Source: a virus
Lineage: Duplodnaviria > Caudoviricetes
Strand: one strand, 5' to 3'
IMG/VR virus record: IMGVR_UViG_3300033153_010125
Coordinates: 1,612 to 65,611 of that record
Length of the DNA stretch: 64,000 nt
Shown here in pieces: positions 41,449 to 49,522 of the stretch (position 1 is the stretch's first letter; each line of letters begins with the position of its first letter). Made by a program: the position numbers and the translations under genes. The notes below the pieces were generated by a model. The model saw only the letters and a list, made by a program, of their open reading frames with translations. It had not been told where the DNA came from and searched no databases.

Positions 41449-41842
41449 GGTTTTGAAATTCCTCTAGTTCTTTTCTATTCTTAGTCCCAGTAAAATAGGG
41501 ATTATGTATTCTTCTTTTTGTATTATGTAAAGATATATTATCAAAAGACTTTAACTTTTTGAGAATATCTTCTATATCCCTCTCATTTTTAGCAAACTTC
41601 TCATGATGCTTGCCCTCTAGCTCTCTACTTTTTAAGTATATGTTCATATGAGAACATCCCTTAACATTTCTATACATAGTTCCCAAATGGGGAAGTTGTA
41701 TAGAATGAATATCATCTCGCTCTACTGTCTGATCCAAAAATTTCTTTAAAAAAGTGAGATGGTGTTCTATCTTCTTACTATCCATAGATAGTTCAGAAGC
41801 CACAGCTCTGATTAGATCTTTTTCAAACAGTATCTCAACCAT
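41423..41842 (-). CDS. HU/IHF-like protein
   Basis: Start moved to MVEILFEKD; 'KDLIRAVASEL...SIQLPHLGTM' fits the HU fold. Confidence 0.5.
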   Translation of the reverse strand: MVEILFEKDLIRAVASELSMDSKKIEHHLTFLKKFLDQTVERDDIHSIQLPHLGTMYRNVKGCSHMNIYLKSRELEGKHHEKFAKNERDIEDILKKLKSFDNISLHNTKRRIHNPYFTGTKNRKELEEFQNHGGKNKKN

Positions 41843-42251
41843 CCTCTGGAACAAGTTGGAACAATACAAGGGGCTGTCCACCACCAGTGTCCAGTTTGCC
41901 AATATAGTTCTTTAGTAAAGTTAAATCTGGGTGTAGATGATTTATTCGAGTGTTCATCCTGTCCTTCGTTAAATACTTGCCGGTTCTCAATTCTAAGTTC
42001 ATAGAATTTATAGAGTTTATTTCAACATCAAGTATCTTACAAGCCTTGTTCTTGGTCTCCTTATTAAAACCGTCCTTCAAATATAGTGTAAGTAGCACAA
42101 CAAGTTTGTTTCTTAAAACGTTAGAAACCCTATTTTGCATCTTCCACTGATAAGAAAACAGCTCTACCAACTTCTTAAGCCCGTCAAAATCATCCTTGTA
42201 GGACAACTCTAGTGCATAGATTTGGGGTGATTTATTGCTTTTATCGCTCAC
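41835..42251 (-). CDS. Putative winged-helix DNA-binding protein
   Basis: GTG start; 'KACKILDVEINSINSMNLELRTGKYL'; TAAGTTTG box at 42272-42279. Confidence 0.45.
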   Translation of the reverse strand: MSDKSNKSPQIYALELSYKDDFDGLKKLVELFSYQWKMQNRVSNVLRNKLVVLLTLYLKDGFNKETKNKACKILDVEINSINSMNLELRTGKYLTKDRMNTRINHLHPDLTLLKNYIGKLDTGGGQPLVLFQLVPEDG

Positions 42252-42330
42252 AGTCTTTGATTAGATACCTGCAAACTTATAAGAAACATTTGAATATTCC
42301 TAATTTTTCAAGAACTTTTTTCGAGAAAGT

Positions 42331-42615
42331 TTATCGAAGCCCGTATTTAGCTATTGCTGAGAAGAATACCTCTAAAGATCGCCCAGCTAACTTTGGCGGC
42401 ATGTCTCCCTGCCTATTATCCCTGTCACGGAAGTCTTTTATCATACTGTGGATAAGGGTCTTGTTTCTATTGTGGAATTCGTCAGACAGAATATTGGCCG
42501 ATACAGCATTCAATGTCTGTATGATATAATCACCTTCTGTGAGAATATCTTGGATTTCTTCCTCCGAACGAAGGTCAATGGCCTCGTGGTCAATGTTAGA
42601 TTGGTTTTCTGACAT
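42331..42615 (-). CDS. Hypothetical protein
   Basis: Start moved to MSENQSN, 4 nt after TACTTTTG box. Confidence 0.55.
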   Translation of the reverse strand: MSENQSNIDHEAIDLRSEEEIQDILTEGDYIIQTLNAVSANILSDEFHNRNKTLIHSMIKDFRDRDNRQGDMPPKLAGRSLEVFFSAIAKYGLR

Positions 42616-42619
42616 ACCC

Positions 42620-42664
42620 CAAAAGTATATCGAAATCTGCTGGCCACAAAAAAGATTGGAAAAC
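42620..42664 (-). promoter_or_regulatory. Late-class promoter (TCCAAT variant)
   Basis: Minus strand TTTTCCAATCTTTTTTG...TACTTTTG; 33-nt spacing. Confidence 0.7.
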
Positions 42665-42929
42665 CTATAATTTAATAACACAAAAATTTCGGCCCCAAAA
42701 ATATCCATTTATCTCTATCTCTCAGGTGTGCCTGCGTACTTATCTCTATATTCTAAATAACGTAATATATAAATACACAGGTATATATAAAGACTTGATT
42801 AAAAAATATAAGAAAAGTTACAATAAAAAAACCCTTTTTTAAAGCCCCCTATTTATTTAATAATCAGGTGTTTAGTGGATAGTAGACTCTATGTGTTTTT
42901 TGGGCCTTTGTGAGAAGATATTCAATATT

Positions 42930-42962
42930 TTTGCTATAGGTCGCTTTAAAGTGTTATCTTTG
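42930..42962 (+). promoter_or_regulatory. Bacteroidota sigma-A type promoter (-33 TTTG / -7 TATCTTTG)
   Basis: TTTG-ctataggtcgctttaaagtgt-TATCTTTG upstream of the plus-strand operon. Confidence 0.7.
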
Positions 42963-43005
42963 TGCTTGCTTTTTACAGAAGTTATTCTTAATATTGCAAA
43001 CCACT

Positions 43006-44250
43006 ATGCACAAACCTACCCACACAGAAAATAATTATACCGCAGAATACTTAGGGGTAAGAAGACACGAGGGATCGAGGAAGAATACGTCAACGAAGAA
43101 AAAGAAAGTTTCTGACAAAAGAGGGAGAAAACCAAAAGAGGGAAGACTTATACGAAAGTTTAAAGTCACACTTCTTACAACACCTCAACAGGATAAGAAT
43201 CTAGATCTTGATCTAAAGTTTTTCAACAGCATGTACCTGTATACAAGAGAGAGGTTGTCAGAAGACTTGGTATGTACTGCAGATAATGTTTACACAGGGT
43301 ATGATGTAGAAAATACTCGAAAGACTGTCATCCATCATAAAAGGGTGGGGGTTGTTCCTCATACGCCTAAGTACATAATGGATAGTCAAAACTCTCTACT
43401 AGCGGAGCAGAAGTGGATGCAGGGGTGTACTTATCAAGTATCATATCGTGCAACAATACACGCATTTTCTGACGCAATTAAGCCATACGCTGAGAGGGAA
43501 TTTTTCCCAAATGGTGATACGTTTGAGGCAAAACTTTGCTACCGTATAGTAAATGGTTTTCTTTATTTAAAGAAGTTTGACCAACTGATTAATATTAAAG
43601 AGTCTCTTCCAAAAGGGGGTCTTGAATCTATCAGGATTACTAAGGGAGTAGATGGTGGCTGGTCGGCTGTTGTAGAGATCCTAGAACCTTATGATAAGGC
43701 TGAGGATATCAGAGAATCTAAAAAAGGTATTTTAGAAACAGATACTAAAACTTCTGCACTGATATGTTTATCGGGGTATCGAGAAGATACACTAGTGGAA
43801 AAGGCTGCGCTATTTAATAAGATAGCAAATAGGATTATAAAGGATAGGTTTGGTCACAAGAGCCTTATGGACAAACTTGAGGCCTGCCAAGATGAATATG
43901 AAGTGCATGAGATTGATATAGGTTTAATAAACATGGCCTGTGTTGCTGCAAATGCCAGAAGTTACAAATACAGAAAACGGAACACCCCACCTAAAATATC
44001 TAAAAACTATATAGCCCTATCGACCGGTTTTTATATAAGGGATAATATTCTTCATATACCTAAATGGGGTTTAATAATATCTATTAAAAAAGGATCAAGG
44101 CTCAACAAGAAGTGGCTTGATTATATTGTGATTACACAAAACAAAAGTGGTGGCTGGGAAATATCCGGTAAACGCCAAAAACGAAAAATCTTTAGGAACC
44201 TTTCTAGAATAGTTAGAGAGTTTTCTTGGAAAGATAAAACATTATTTTAA
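43006..44250 (+). CDS. TnpB-derived protein with two tandem REC/WED-like modules, no intact RuvC
   Basis: RKFKVTLLTTPQQ (HTH_OrfB_IS605-like), LLAEQKWMQGC, and two related WED-like blocks ending IT....GGW; no Zn finger or RuvC-III. Confidence 0.6.
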   Translation: MHKPTHTENNYTAEYLGVRRHEGSRKNTSTKKKKVSDKRGRKPKEGRLIRKFKVTLLTTPQQDKNLDLDLKFFNSMYLYTRERLSEDLVCTADNVYTGYDVENTRKTVIHHKRVGVVPHTPKYIMDSQNSLLAEQKWMQGCTYQVSYRATIHAFSDAIKPYAEREFFPNGDTFEAKLCYRIVNGFLYLKKFDQLINIKESLPKGGLESIRITKGVDGGWSAVVEILEPYDKAEDIRESKKGILETDTKTSALICLSGYREDTLVEKAALFNKIANRIIKDRFGHKSLMDKLEACQDEYEVHEIDIGLINMACVAANARSYKYRKRNTPPKISKNYIALSTGFYIRDNILHIPKWGLIISIKKGSRLNKKWLDYIVITQNKSGGWEISGKRQKRKIFRNLSRIVREFSWKDKTLF

Positions 44251-44261
44251 AACAGGAAAAA

Positions 44262-45227
44262 ATGGGAGTATCCAAAAAAGCACTAGATGTTGTACAAAAA
44301 CTTTACGGAAAAGAGGCTGTAAGGAAATTATCTGAAACAGAAACTGATGTAGATTTTTTACCATCAGGGTCTTTATACCTAGACTATACTCTAGGAGGAG
44401 GGTTTGCTCGTGGAAGAATCATTGAAATCTTTGGGCCAGAATCTTCTGGGAAAACAACCATAGCAATCGAAGCAATTGCTGAAACACAGAGATCGGGGCT
44501 TAATGCCTTTTTTTGTGATGCAGAACAGGCTTTTGATAAGGACTATGCAGAGAAGCTTGGAGTGAATGTAGAAGAGCTTATCCTGAATCAACCAGATAGT
44601 GGGGAGCAAGCCCTTAATGTAACAATAGCAATGATCGAGACAGGAGAGATTGCCTTAGTAGTGATTGATTCAACCTCAGCTCTTACTCCTAAGGCTGAAC
44701 TAGAGGGGGAAATGGAAGATCAACAAATAGGGCTACAGGCAAGAATGTTATCAAAAGCTTTGAGGAAAATTACTGCAGTTGCAGCTAGAGCCAACTGTGC
44801 AGTTATATTTATCTCTCAACTTAGGGAAAATATTGGGCCTTATGGGGGACAAAAAATTGGTGTTGGAAATGCTATGAAATTCTATGCTTCTCAAAGGCTT
44901 AACGTGAAAAAATCGTATCCTCCTATTATGGAAGGAACAGTGGCTGTTGGGCATAAAATGTTAATGAAGGCTACAAAAAACAAAGTACACACACCTTATA
45001 AGACTTGTGAGGTAATTCTTAAGTATGGTCATGGTTATGACAAAGGAGGAGAAGTAGTAATGCTTGCAGAGGAAATGGGAATTATAGAAAGAAAGGGATC
45101 TTGGTATGCATATCAAGGAACCAATCTGGCACAAGGTCTTGATAAAACAGCTTTAGTTGTAGCGGATAACCCAGAGCTTCATGACGAATTACTGACACAA
45201 GTTGTAGAAGGACTCAAAAATCAATGA
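44262..45227 (+). CDS. recA: Recombinase RecA
   Basis: GRIIEIFGPESSGKTT, DAEQA, QPDSGEQAL, GLQARMLSKALRK, IFISQLRE, GNAMKFYAS. Confidence 0.97.
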   Translation: MGVSKKALDVVQKLYGKEAVRKLSETETDVDFLPSGSLYLDYTLGGGFARGRIIEIFGPESSGKTTIAIEAIAETQRSGLNAFFCDAEQAFDKDYAEKLGVNVEELILNQPDSGEQALNVTIAMIETGEIALVVIDSTSALTPKAELEGEMEDQQIGLQARMLSKALRKITAVAARANCAVIFISQLRENIGPYGGQKIGVGNAMKFYASQRLNVKKSYPPIMEGTVAVGHKMLMKATKNKVHTPYKTCEVILKYGHGYDKGGEVVMLAEEMGIIERKGSWYAYQGTNLAQGLDKTALVVADNPELHDELLTQVVEGLKNQ

Positions 45228-45322
45228 TGAAAAAAAGAAAAAGGCTTAAGTGTAAAAGAAAGCCTATCCCAAGGGTACTTGTTAGATTACGAAAGACTAA
45301 AATTGACTTACACAATAAATAA
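45224..45322 (+). CDS. 32-aa basic micro-ORF
   Basis: ATGA overlap with recA stop; ends 1 nt before next ATG; MMKKRKRLKCKRKPIPRVLVRLRKTKIDLHNK. Confidence 0.4.
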   Translation: MMKKRKRLKCKRKPIPRVLVRLRKTKIDLHNK

Positions 45323-45323
45323 G

Positions 45324-45779
45324 ATGACACCACAGTGGACATATAAAGGAACCGAGATAACTGAAGTAACACAGTTTCCAGAGGGGGTTATTGGTTTCGT
45401 GTATCAAATAATTGATCACACAAACAATAAGAATTACATAGGCAGGAAGGCTATATACTCTACCAGAAAAAAACATTTTGGTAAAAGAAAGCTTGCCGAG
45501 ATAACTGATAAGAGGATAAAAACCTATGAGATGATTACTAAGATTATGCCCAAGTGGCAATCTTATACTGGCTCATGTAAACCCCTCAACGAGCAAATTG
45601 ATGCTGGTGTCAGATATACAAAACAGATATTAACTTTCTGCTATTCTAAACAGGAGATGTCTTATTATGAATTGAAGCATCAATTAGCTAAAGGAGTGAT
45701 TGAACCTGGGAACAGTTCATATAATGAAAATATTGCAGGCAAATTTTATCCTAAACTTTTTGTAAATGATAGTAACTAA
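45324..45779 (+). CDS. GIY-YIG (Seg-like) endonuclease
   Basis: GFVYQI...KNYIGRK...W.SYTGS...YYE...YNENI; start moved to ATG 45324. Confidence 0.8.
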   Translation: MTPQWTYKGTEITEVTQFPEGVIGFVYQIIDHTNNKNYIGRKAIYSTRKKHFGKRKLAEITDKRIKTYEMITKIMPKWQSYTGSCKPLNEQIDAGVRYTKQILTFCYSKQEMSYYELKHQLAKGVIEPGNSSYNENIAGKFYPKLFVNDSN

Positions 45780-45972
45780 GGAGCAATATACTAAGATGCG
45801 ACTCAAGAGAACCTTTCTTTATGAGTATTTCCTTGCCGCAGGTGGGGCACGTATCCCAGAACATGAGTTTTCTATAGTTTTCGGGGTATGGCTTGGTAGA
45901 TTTGGGATCAATCCACAGGATGCTACTAGGAGAATAGTTACTTTTCTTGATAAAAAATTTGGTCAGAAGTAA
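45766..45972 (+). CDS. Hypothetical protein
   Basis: 68 aa overlapping upstream stop. Confidence 0.5.
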   Translation: MIVTKEQYTKMRLKRTFLYEYFLAAGGARIPEHEFSIVFGVWLGRFGINPQDATRRIVTFLDKKFGQK

Positions 45973-46021
45973 AATTATTCCTACACTTGTAATCAGTATT
46001 AACAAAAAACAACAAAAAGAA

Positions 46022-46996
46022 ATGCCTACAATTTATTTAAATGCTGGATTTGATGGAACAATCTATGAATCTTCTAAGCAACCAAAAGAGGGTTTTGAGC
46101 AACACACCAGCTCAAAAGGAAACCTCTCATATAGAAAACTTTATAAAAAAGGACTCTATGGTATCTACAAAGGTGTAGAGTTGAGAGACTCACCAATCGG
46201 ACAACAGCTTTCAATACATGTTGTTGATCAAGCTAACAACACTATCTATTTTCAGCTACCTTTTAAAGATCAAAAAGGAGACATAGGCACATTTGCTGAG
46301 TCCTTTATTGCTAAACTTCCTTATATACAGGCAGAGTTTTTGTATAGATTTTATGCATATAATATGCCAGTTGAAGGTAAGACTTATAGTAATATTGGGA
46401 TATCTATAAAACATGCAAATTTAGATTACGCAACTGTTAGAGAGGATATACTTATTGAGCAGCTAACCTTTGCATATACTATTAAAGCTACTGGAGAAAA
46501 GGTGGCAGGAGTTGTACCAGAAATTGTTTGGACTACAACTTTTGACGGTAAGAATGTTGCCGACAAATCTGCTAAGAATTCATATCTATATGGAGTACTT
46601 AGTCAGTATGGAACTATCCAAGAAGCAGCACCAGTAGCAGCACCAGTTCAAGCAGCACCAGTTCAAGCAGCACCAGTAGCAGCACCTGTAGCGGCACCAG
46701 TTCAAGCAGCACCTGTAGCGGCACCAGTTCAAGCAGCACCAGTAGCAGCACCTGTAGCAGCACCAGTTCAAGCAGCACCAGTAGCAGCACCTGTAGCGGC
46801 ACCAGTTCAAGCAGCACCTGTTCAAGCAGCACCTGTTCAAGCAGCACCTGTTCAAGCAGCACCAGTTCAAGCAGCACCAGTTCAAGCAGCACCTGTAGCA
46901 GCACCTGTAGCGGCACCTGTAGCTCAAACACAAGGAGCTGTTCAATACGTACAGCCACCTGCAGACACTGGAGCGAATGACGATTTACCATTCTAA
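46022..46996 (+). CDS. Putative single-stranded DNA-binding protein
   Basis: Beta-rich N-domain, long AAPV(Q) linker, C-terminal DDLPF SSB tail; start moved to MPTIYL. Confidence 0.65.
   Translation: MPTIYLNAGFDGTIYESSKQPKEGFEQHTSSKGNLSYRKLYKKGLYGIYKGVELRDSPIGQQLSIHVVDQANNTIYFQLPFKDQKGDIGTFAESFIAKLPYIQAEFLYRFYAYNMPVEGKTYSNIGISIKHANLDYATVREDILIEQLTFAYTIKATGEKVAGVVPEIVWTTTFDGKNVADKSAKNSYLYGVLSQYGTIQEAAPVAAPVQAAPVQAAPVAAPVAAPVQAAPVAAPVQAAPVAAPVAAPVQAAPVAAPVAAPVQAAPVQAAPVQAAPVQAAPVQAAPVQAAPVAAPVAAPVAQTQGAVQYVQPPADTGANDDLPF
46618..46924 (+). repeat. Tandem 12/15-nt coding minisatellite (AAPV / AAPVQ)
   Basis: Repeated GC(A/G)GCACC(A/T)GT(A/TCAA) units over ~300 nt. Confidence 0.95.
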
Positions 46997-47014
46997 TAAT
47001 AAGTACTAACCAAA

Positions 47015-47047
47015 GAAGACCTAGGATAAACCTGGGTCTTCATTTTT
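47015..47047 (+). terminator. Intrinsic terminator
   Basis: GAAGACCTAGG-ATAAA-CCTGGGTCTTC-ATTTTT. Confidence 0.8.
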
Positions 47048-47060
47048 AATTCTAAATTTT

Positions 47061-47435
47061 ATGAAACTGATAACAACAATATTTTTTACATTATTAATGA
47101 TTTCTGGATACGCACAAGTTACAAAGGTAACAGGTATCGCAACAGAGGACACAACAGAAATTTTTACAAAAGGAACCGATAGTGATTTCAAACTTGAGTA
47201 TGTGGCAAATGGATCCACAATAAAAGAGTTTGCCGACCATGAATTAGTTGATGAGCTTACTGTTAACAAAGTAGAATTCTTTACTGACAGGATCTTTTAT
47301 AAGGTTACAAATTCAGAAGGCTTTACTTTTGGTGTCACGTATACTTTTAATGACAGCACTGTATTTTTTGCTGATATTGATGGAAATTTTACAGAAGTTT
47401 ATGGGGAAGGTTTATCCTTTACCCACCAATATTAA
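47061..47435 (+). CDS. Secreted hypothetical protein
   Basis: Signal peptide MKLITTIFFTLLMISGYAQ. Confidence 0.6.
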   Translation: MKLITTIFFTLLMISGYAQVTKVTGIATEDTTEIFTKGTDSDFKLEYVANGSTIKEFADHELVDELTVNKVEFFTDRIFYKVTNSEGFTFGVTYTFNDSTVFFADIDGNFTEVYGEGLSFTHQY

Positions 47436-47453
47436 AAACCAATAAACCATAGA

Positions 47454-47693
47454 ATGAAAAAAGCCGAGTTGACACATATCCCTTTTATGATCTTTGCAGA
47501 TATTGTTAAAGACATTAAAAAACATTTACCAAAAACCTGTACTTTCTTGTCCCCCTTGAAAACAACAAAAGGGCTTTTACAGGTGAGAGCAGTAATAAAA
47601 AATACAGAGTATAGGTTTACGACACCAGCAGATCTGAAATTTACAAATGCTGATGTTAAAAAACTTCGATCATCCCTTTTAGAAAAGTGTTAA
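47454..47693 (+). CDS. Hypothetical protein
   Basis: 79 aa, A-rich initiation region. Confidence 0.55.
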   Translation: MKKAELTHIPFMIFADIVKDIKKHLPKTCTFLSPLKTTKGLLQVRAVIKNTEYRFTTPADLKFTNADVKKLRSSLLEKC

Positions 47694-47696
47694 GCC

Positions 47697-47891
47697 ATGT
47701 CTGTTACAGAAATGAGAGCTATTTATATGGCACTTTCGGAGAGTGGGGATCTTAAAAAAATGTTTCCAAGCCTTACGGGGAGTTGGGAAAAAGACGAAAA
47801 AACCTTCACAACAGAATATAATACTAATGAGAGAATCTTAGAAAATCTTGAAATAGAGGACGTAGAGGAGGATCTTGAAAATTATTTTTAG
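47697..47891 (+). CDS. Hypothetical protein
   Basis: 64 aa, 'MFPSLTGSWEKD', acidic tail. Confidence 0.55.
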   Translation: MSVTEMRAIYMALSESGDLKKMFPSLTGSWEKDEKTFTTEYNTNERILENLEIEDVEEDLENYF

Positions 47892-47893
47892 AA

Positions 47894-49465
47894 ATGAAGA
47901 AACAACACACGTATGACAGAGCACTTTTAAAGCAGCTCTGTAAACAACAGCCAAAAAACAATTTCAATGCCACAACAGTGACTAGAGAATATTGTGAAGA
48001 GGTTGGAATAGAGTTTTCTGTATACAAGGCGAGGCAAGTCCAGAAGATTATAAAGAAGGAGAATTTTCATGAAACAGGGTCTAAACCACACGAATCAGAC
48101 CACTATAAGGAGGCCACAAAAAGGAAAATTAAGAAAAAAATTGGCCTTTACTTAATTACTTGGGCGCAGGCTCATACCCCTATAAATGAAGTATTGTGGG
48201 AAAATATGAAAGCCTACGCACAGAAAATTGGTGCCAAGATTATTGTCCTTCCTGGAACATATTTAAATTACAATTCTTCTTTTAAGAAGCTAGAACGTAC
48301 TTGGGACGACAGACTTCTTGAATACATGTATGCTTCAGAAAATAAACTCTTTAAACATTTACACATAATACCTGATGCAGATATCCTCCCTACAGCACAA
48401 ATGCCTCTTATGGGAATGGAGAGTGTTACAGGAATTGAGAGTTCTATAATTGGGCACCCTCGTCAACACAAGATGATTGTTCCAACCCTGAAAACCTCAC
48501 GTAGAAAATTAATGGCCACAACTGGTTCAATCACTGTTGAGAACTACAGAAGAGCAAGAGTTGGTAAAAAAGCCAGAACTCATCATAAGATGGGGTTCCT
48601 TATCGCTGAAAAAATCGATAAAGAGGAATTTGTAATGAGGCATGTTGAGGCAGAGAAAGACGGCTCTTTCCAAGATCTTGTTTTTAGAGTAGAGGAGGGG
48701 AAGGTTTCAATGACGGCTAAATGGGCAGCCATTGTCAATGGAGATACACACTTATCAAAAGAGTGTAGTGATATGTTAAAGGAGACTCGTAGAATTGTCG
48801 AAATAGGAAAACCGGATGTTACAATTTGGCACGATTTATTTGACGGGTATTCTATCAACCATCATCAACAAAAAGATTTTGTAGCACAGGTGATTAAGGA
48901 GAAGAAAAATCTTAATAGTCTTCAGGGAGAAATTGATCTCAATATGAATTTCATCAAGGAGTGGAAAGATACAAATATGATTATCATTCCAAGTAATCAT
49001 AATGATTGGTTAGATAAGTGGGTGAGATTCTCTGAGGGGACCAAAGATTTAAAAAATGCAAAACTCTTTAATGAGTTTCAAGCAGTCCTGTTTGAGGAAA
49101 AAGCTCCAAAAGGGTTATATGCATATCTTGTTGACCGAGAATTCGGTGATGAGGTAAAAACTCTAGACAGGAATGCTTCCTATATGGTAGCAGGTCATGA
49201 GATTAATAACCACGGAGACCTTGGTTCAAATGGTGCCAAAGGGACCCCAATTACTTTTAAGAAGTTGAATACTAAGATTGTATCTGGAGATAAACATTTT
49301 TTATATACTTTTGATAATGCATTTGGTGTAGGTATCACTACAGTACTTGATCATGGGTATAATAGAGGAATGAGTTCTTGGATTCAATCCAGTGGCCTTA
49401 TTCACGCAAACGGAACCTTCCAACATTTAATATTTGCTGGAGGAAAATTTACCACACTTTTCTAG
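47894..49465 (+). CDS. T5 A1-like metallophosphoesterase/nuclease
   Basis: YLITWAQ, GHP, TTGSIT..NY, GKKA..HH, GDTH, HDLFDG.S.NHH, SNH, HGD.G.NG.KG, GYN.G.SSW motifs. Confidence 0.7.
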   Translation: MKKQHTYDRALLKQLCKQQPKNNFNATTVTREYCEEVGIEFSVYKARQVQKIIKKENFHETGSKPHESDHYKEATKRKIKKKIGLYLITWAQAHTPINEVLWENMKAYAQKIGAKIIVLPGTYLNYNSSFKKLERTWDDRLLEYMYASENKLFKHLHIIPDADILPTAQMPLMGMESVTGIESSIIGHPRQHKMIVPTLKTSRRKLMATTGSITVENYRRARVGKKARTHHKMGFLIAEKIDKEEFVMRHVEAEKDGSFQDLVFRVEEGKVSMTAKWAAIVNGDTHLSKECSDMLKETRRIVEIGKPDVTIWHDLFDGYSINHHQQKDFVAQVIKEKKNLNSLQGEIDLNMNFIKEWKDTNMIIIPSNHNDWLDKWVRFSEGTKDLKNAKLFNEFQAVLFEEKAPKGLYAYLVDREFGDEVKTLDRNASYMVAGHEINNHGDLGSNGAKGTPITFKKLNTKIVSGDKHFLYTFDNAFGVGITTVLDHGYNRGMSSWIQSSGLIHANGTFQHLIFAGGKFTTLF

Positions 49466-49522
49466 GTAGGTAATTATTTTTAATATATATTTGCAGAAGA
49501 ACAAAATTTAAAACCAACAACA

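Noticed and set aside
1-42600. Plus-strand ORFs of 60-242 aa opposite the structural genes
   Set aside because: Antisense shadows of long minus-strand genes; no motifs or promoters
43006-44250. Active IS200/IS605 element or functional Cas12f
   Set aside because: No tnpA, no complete RuvC triad or Zn finger, no CRISPR array or IS ends seen
46586-46991. Cys-rich and Leu-rich minus-strand ORFs; CRISPR-like appearance of the repeat
   Set aside because: Products of the in-frame AAPV minisatellite; no unique spacers
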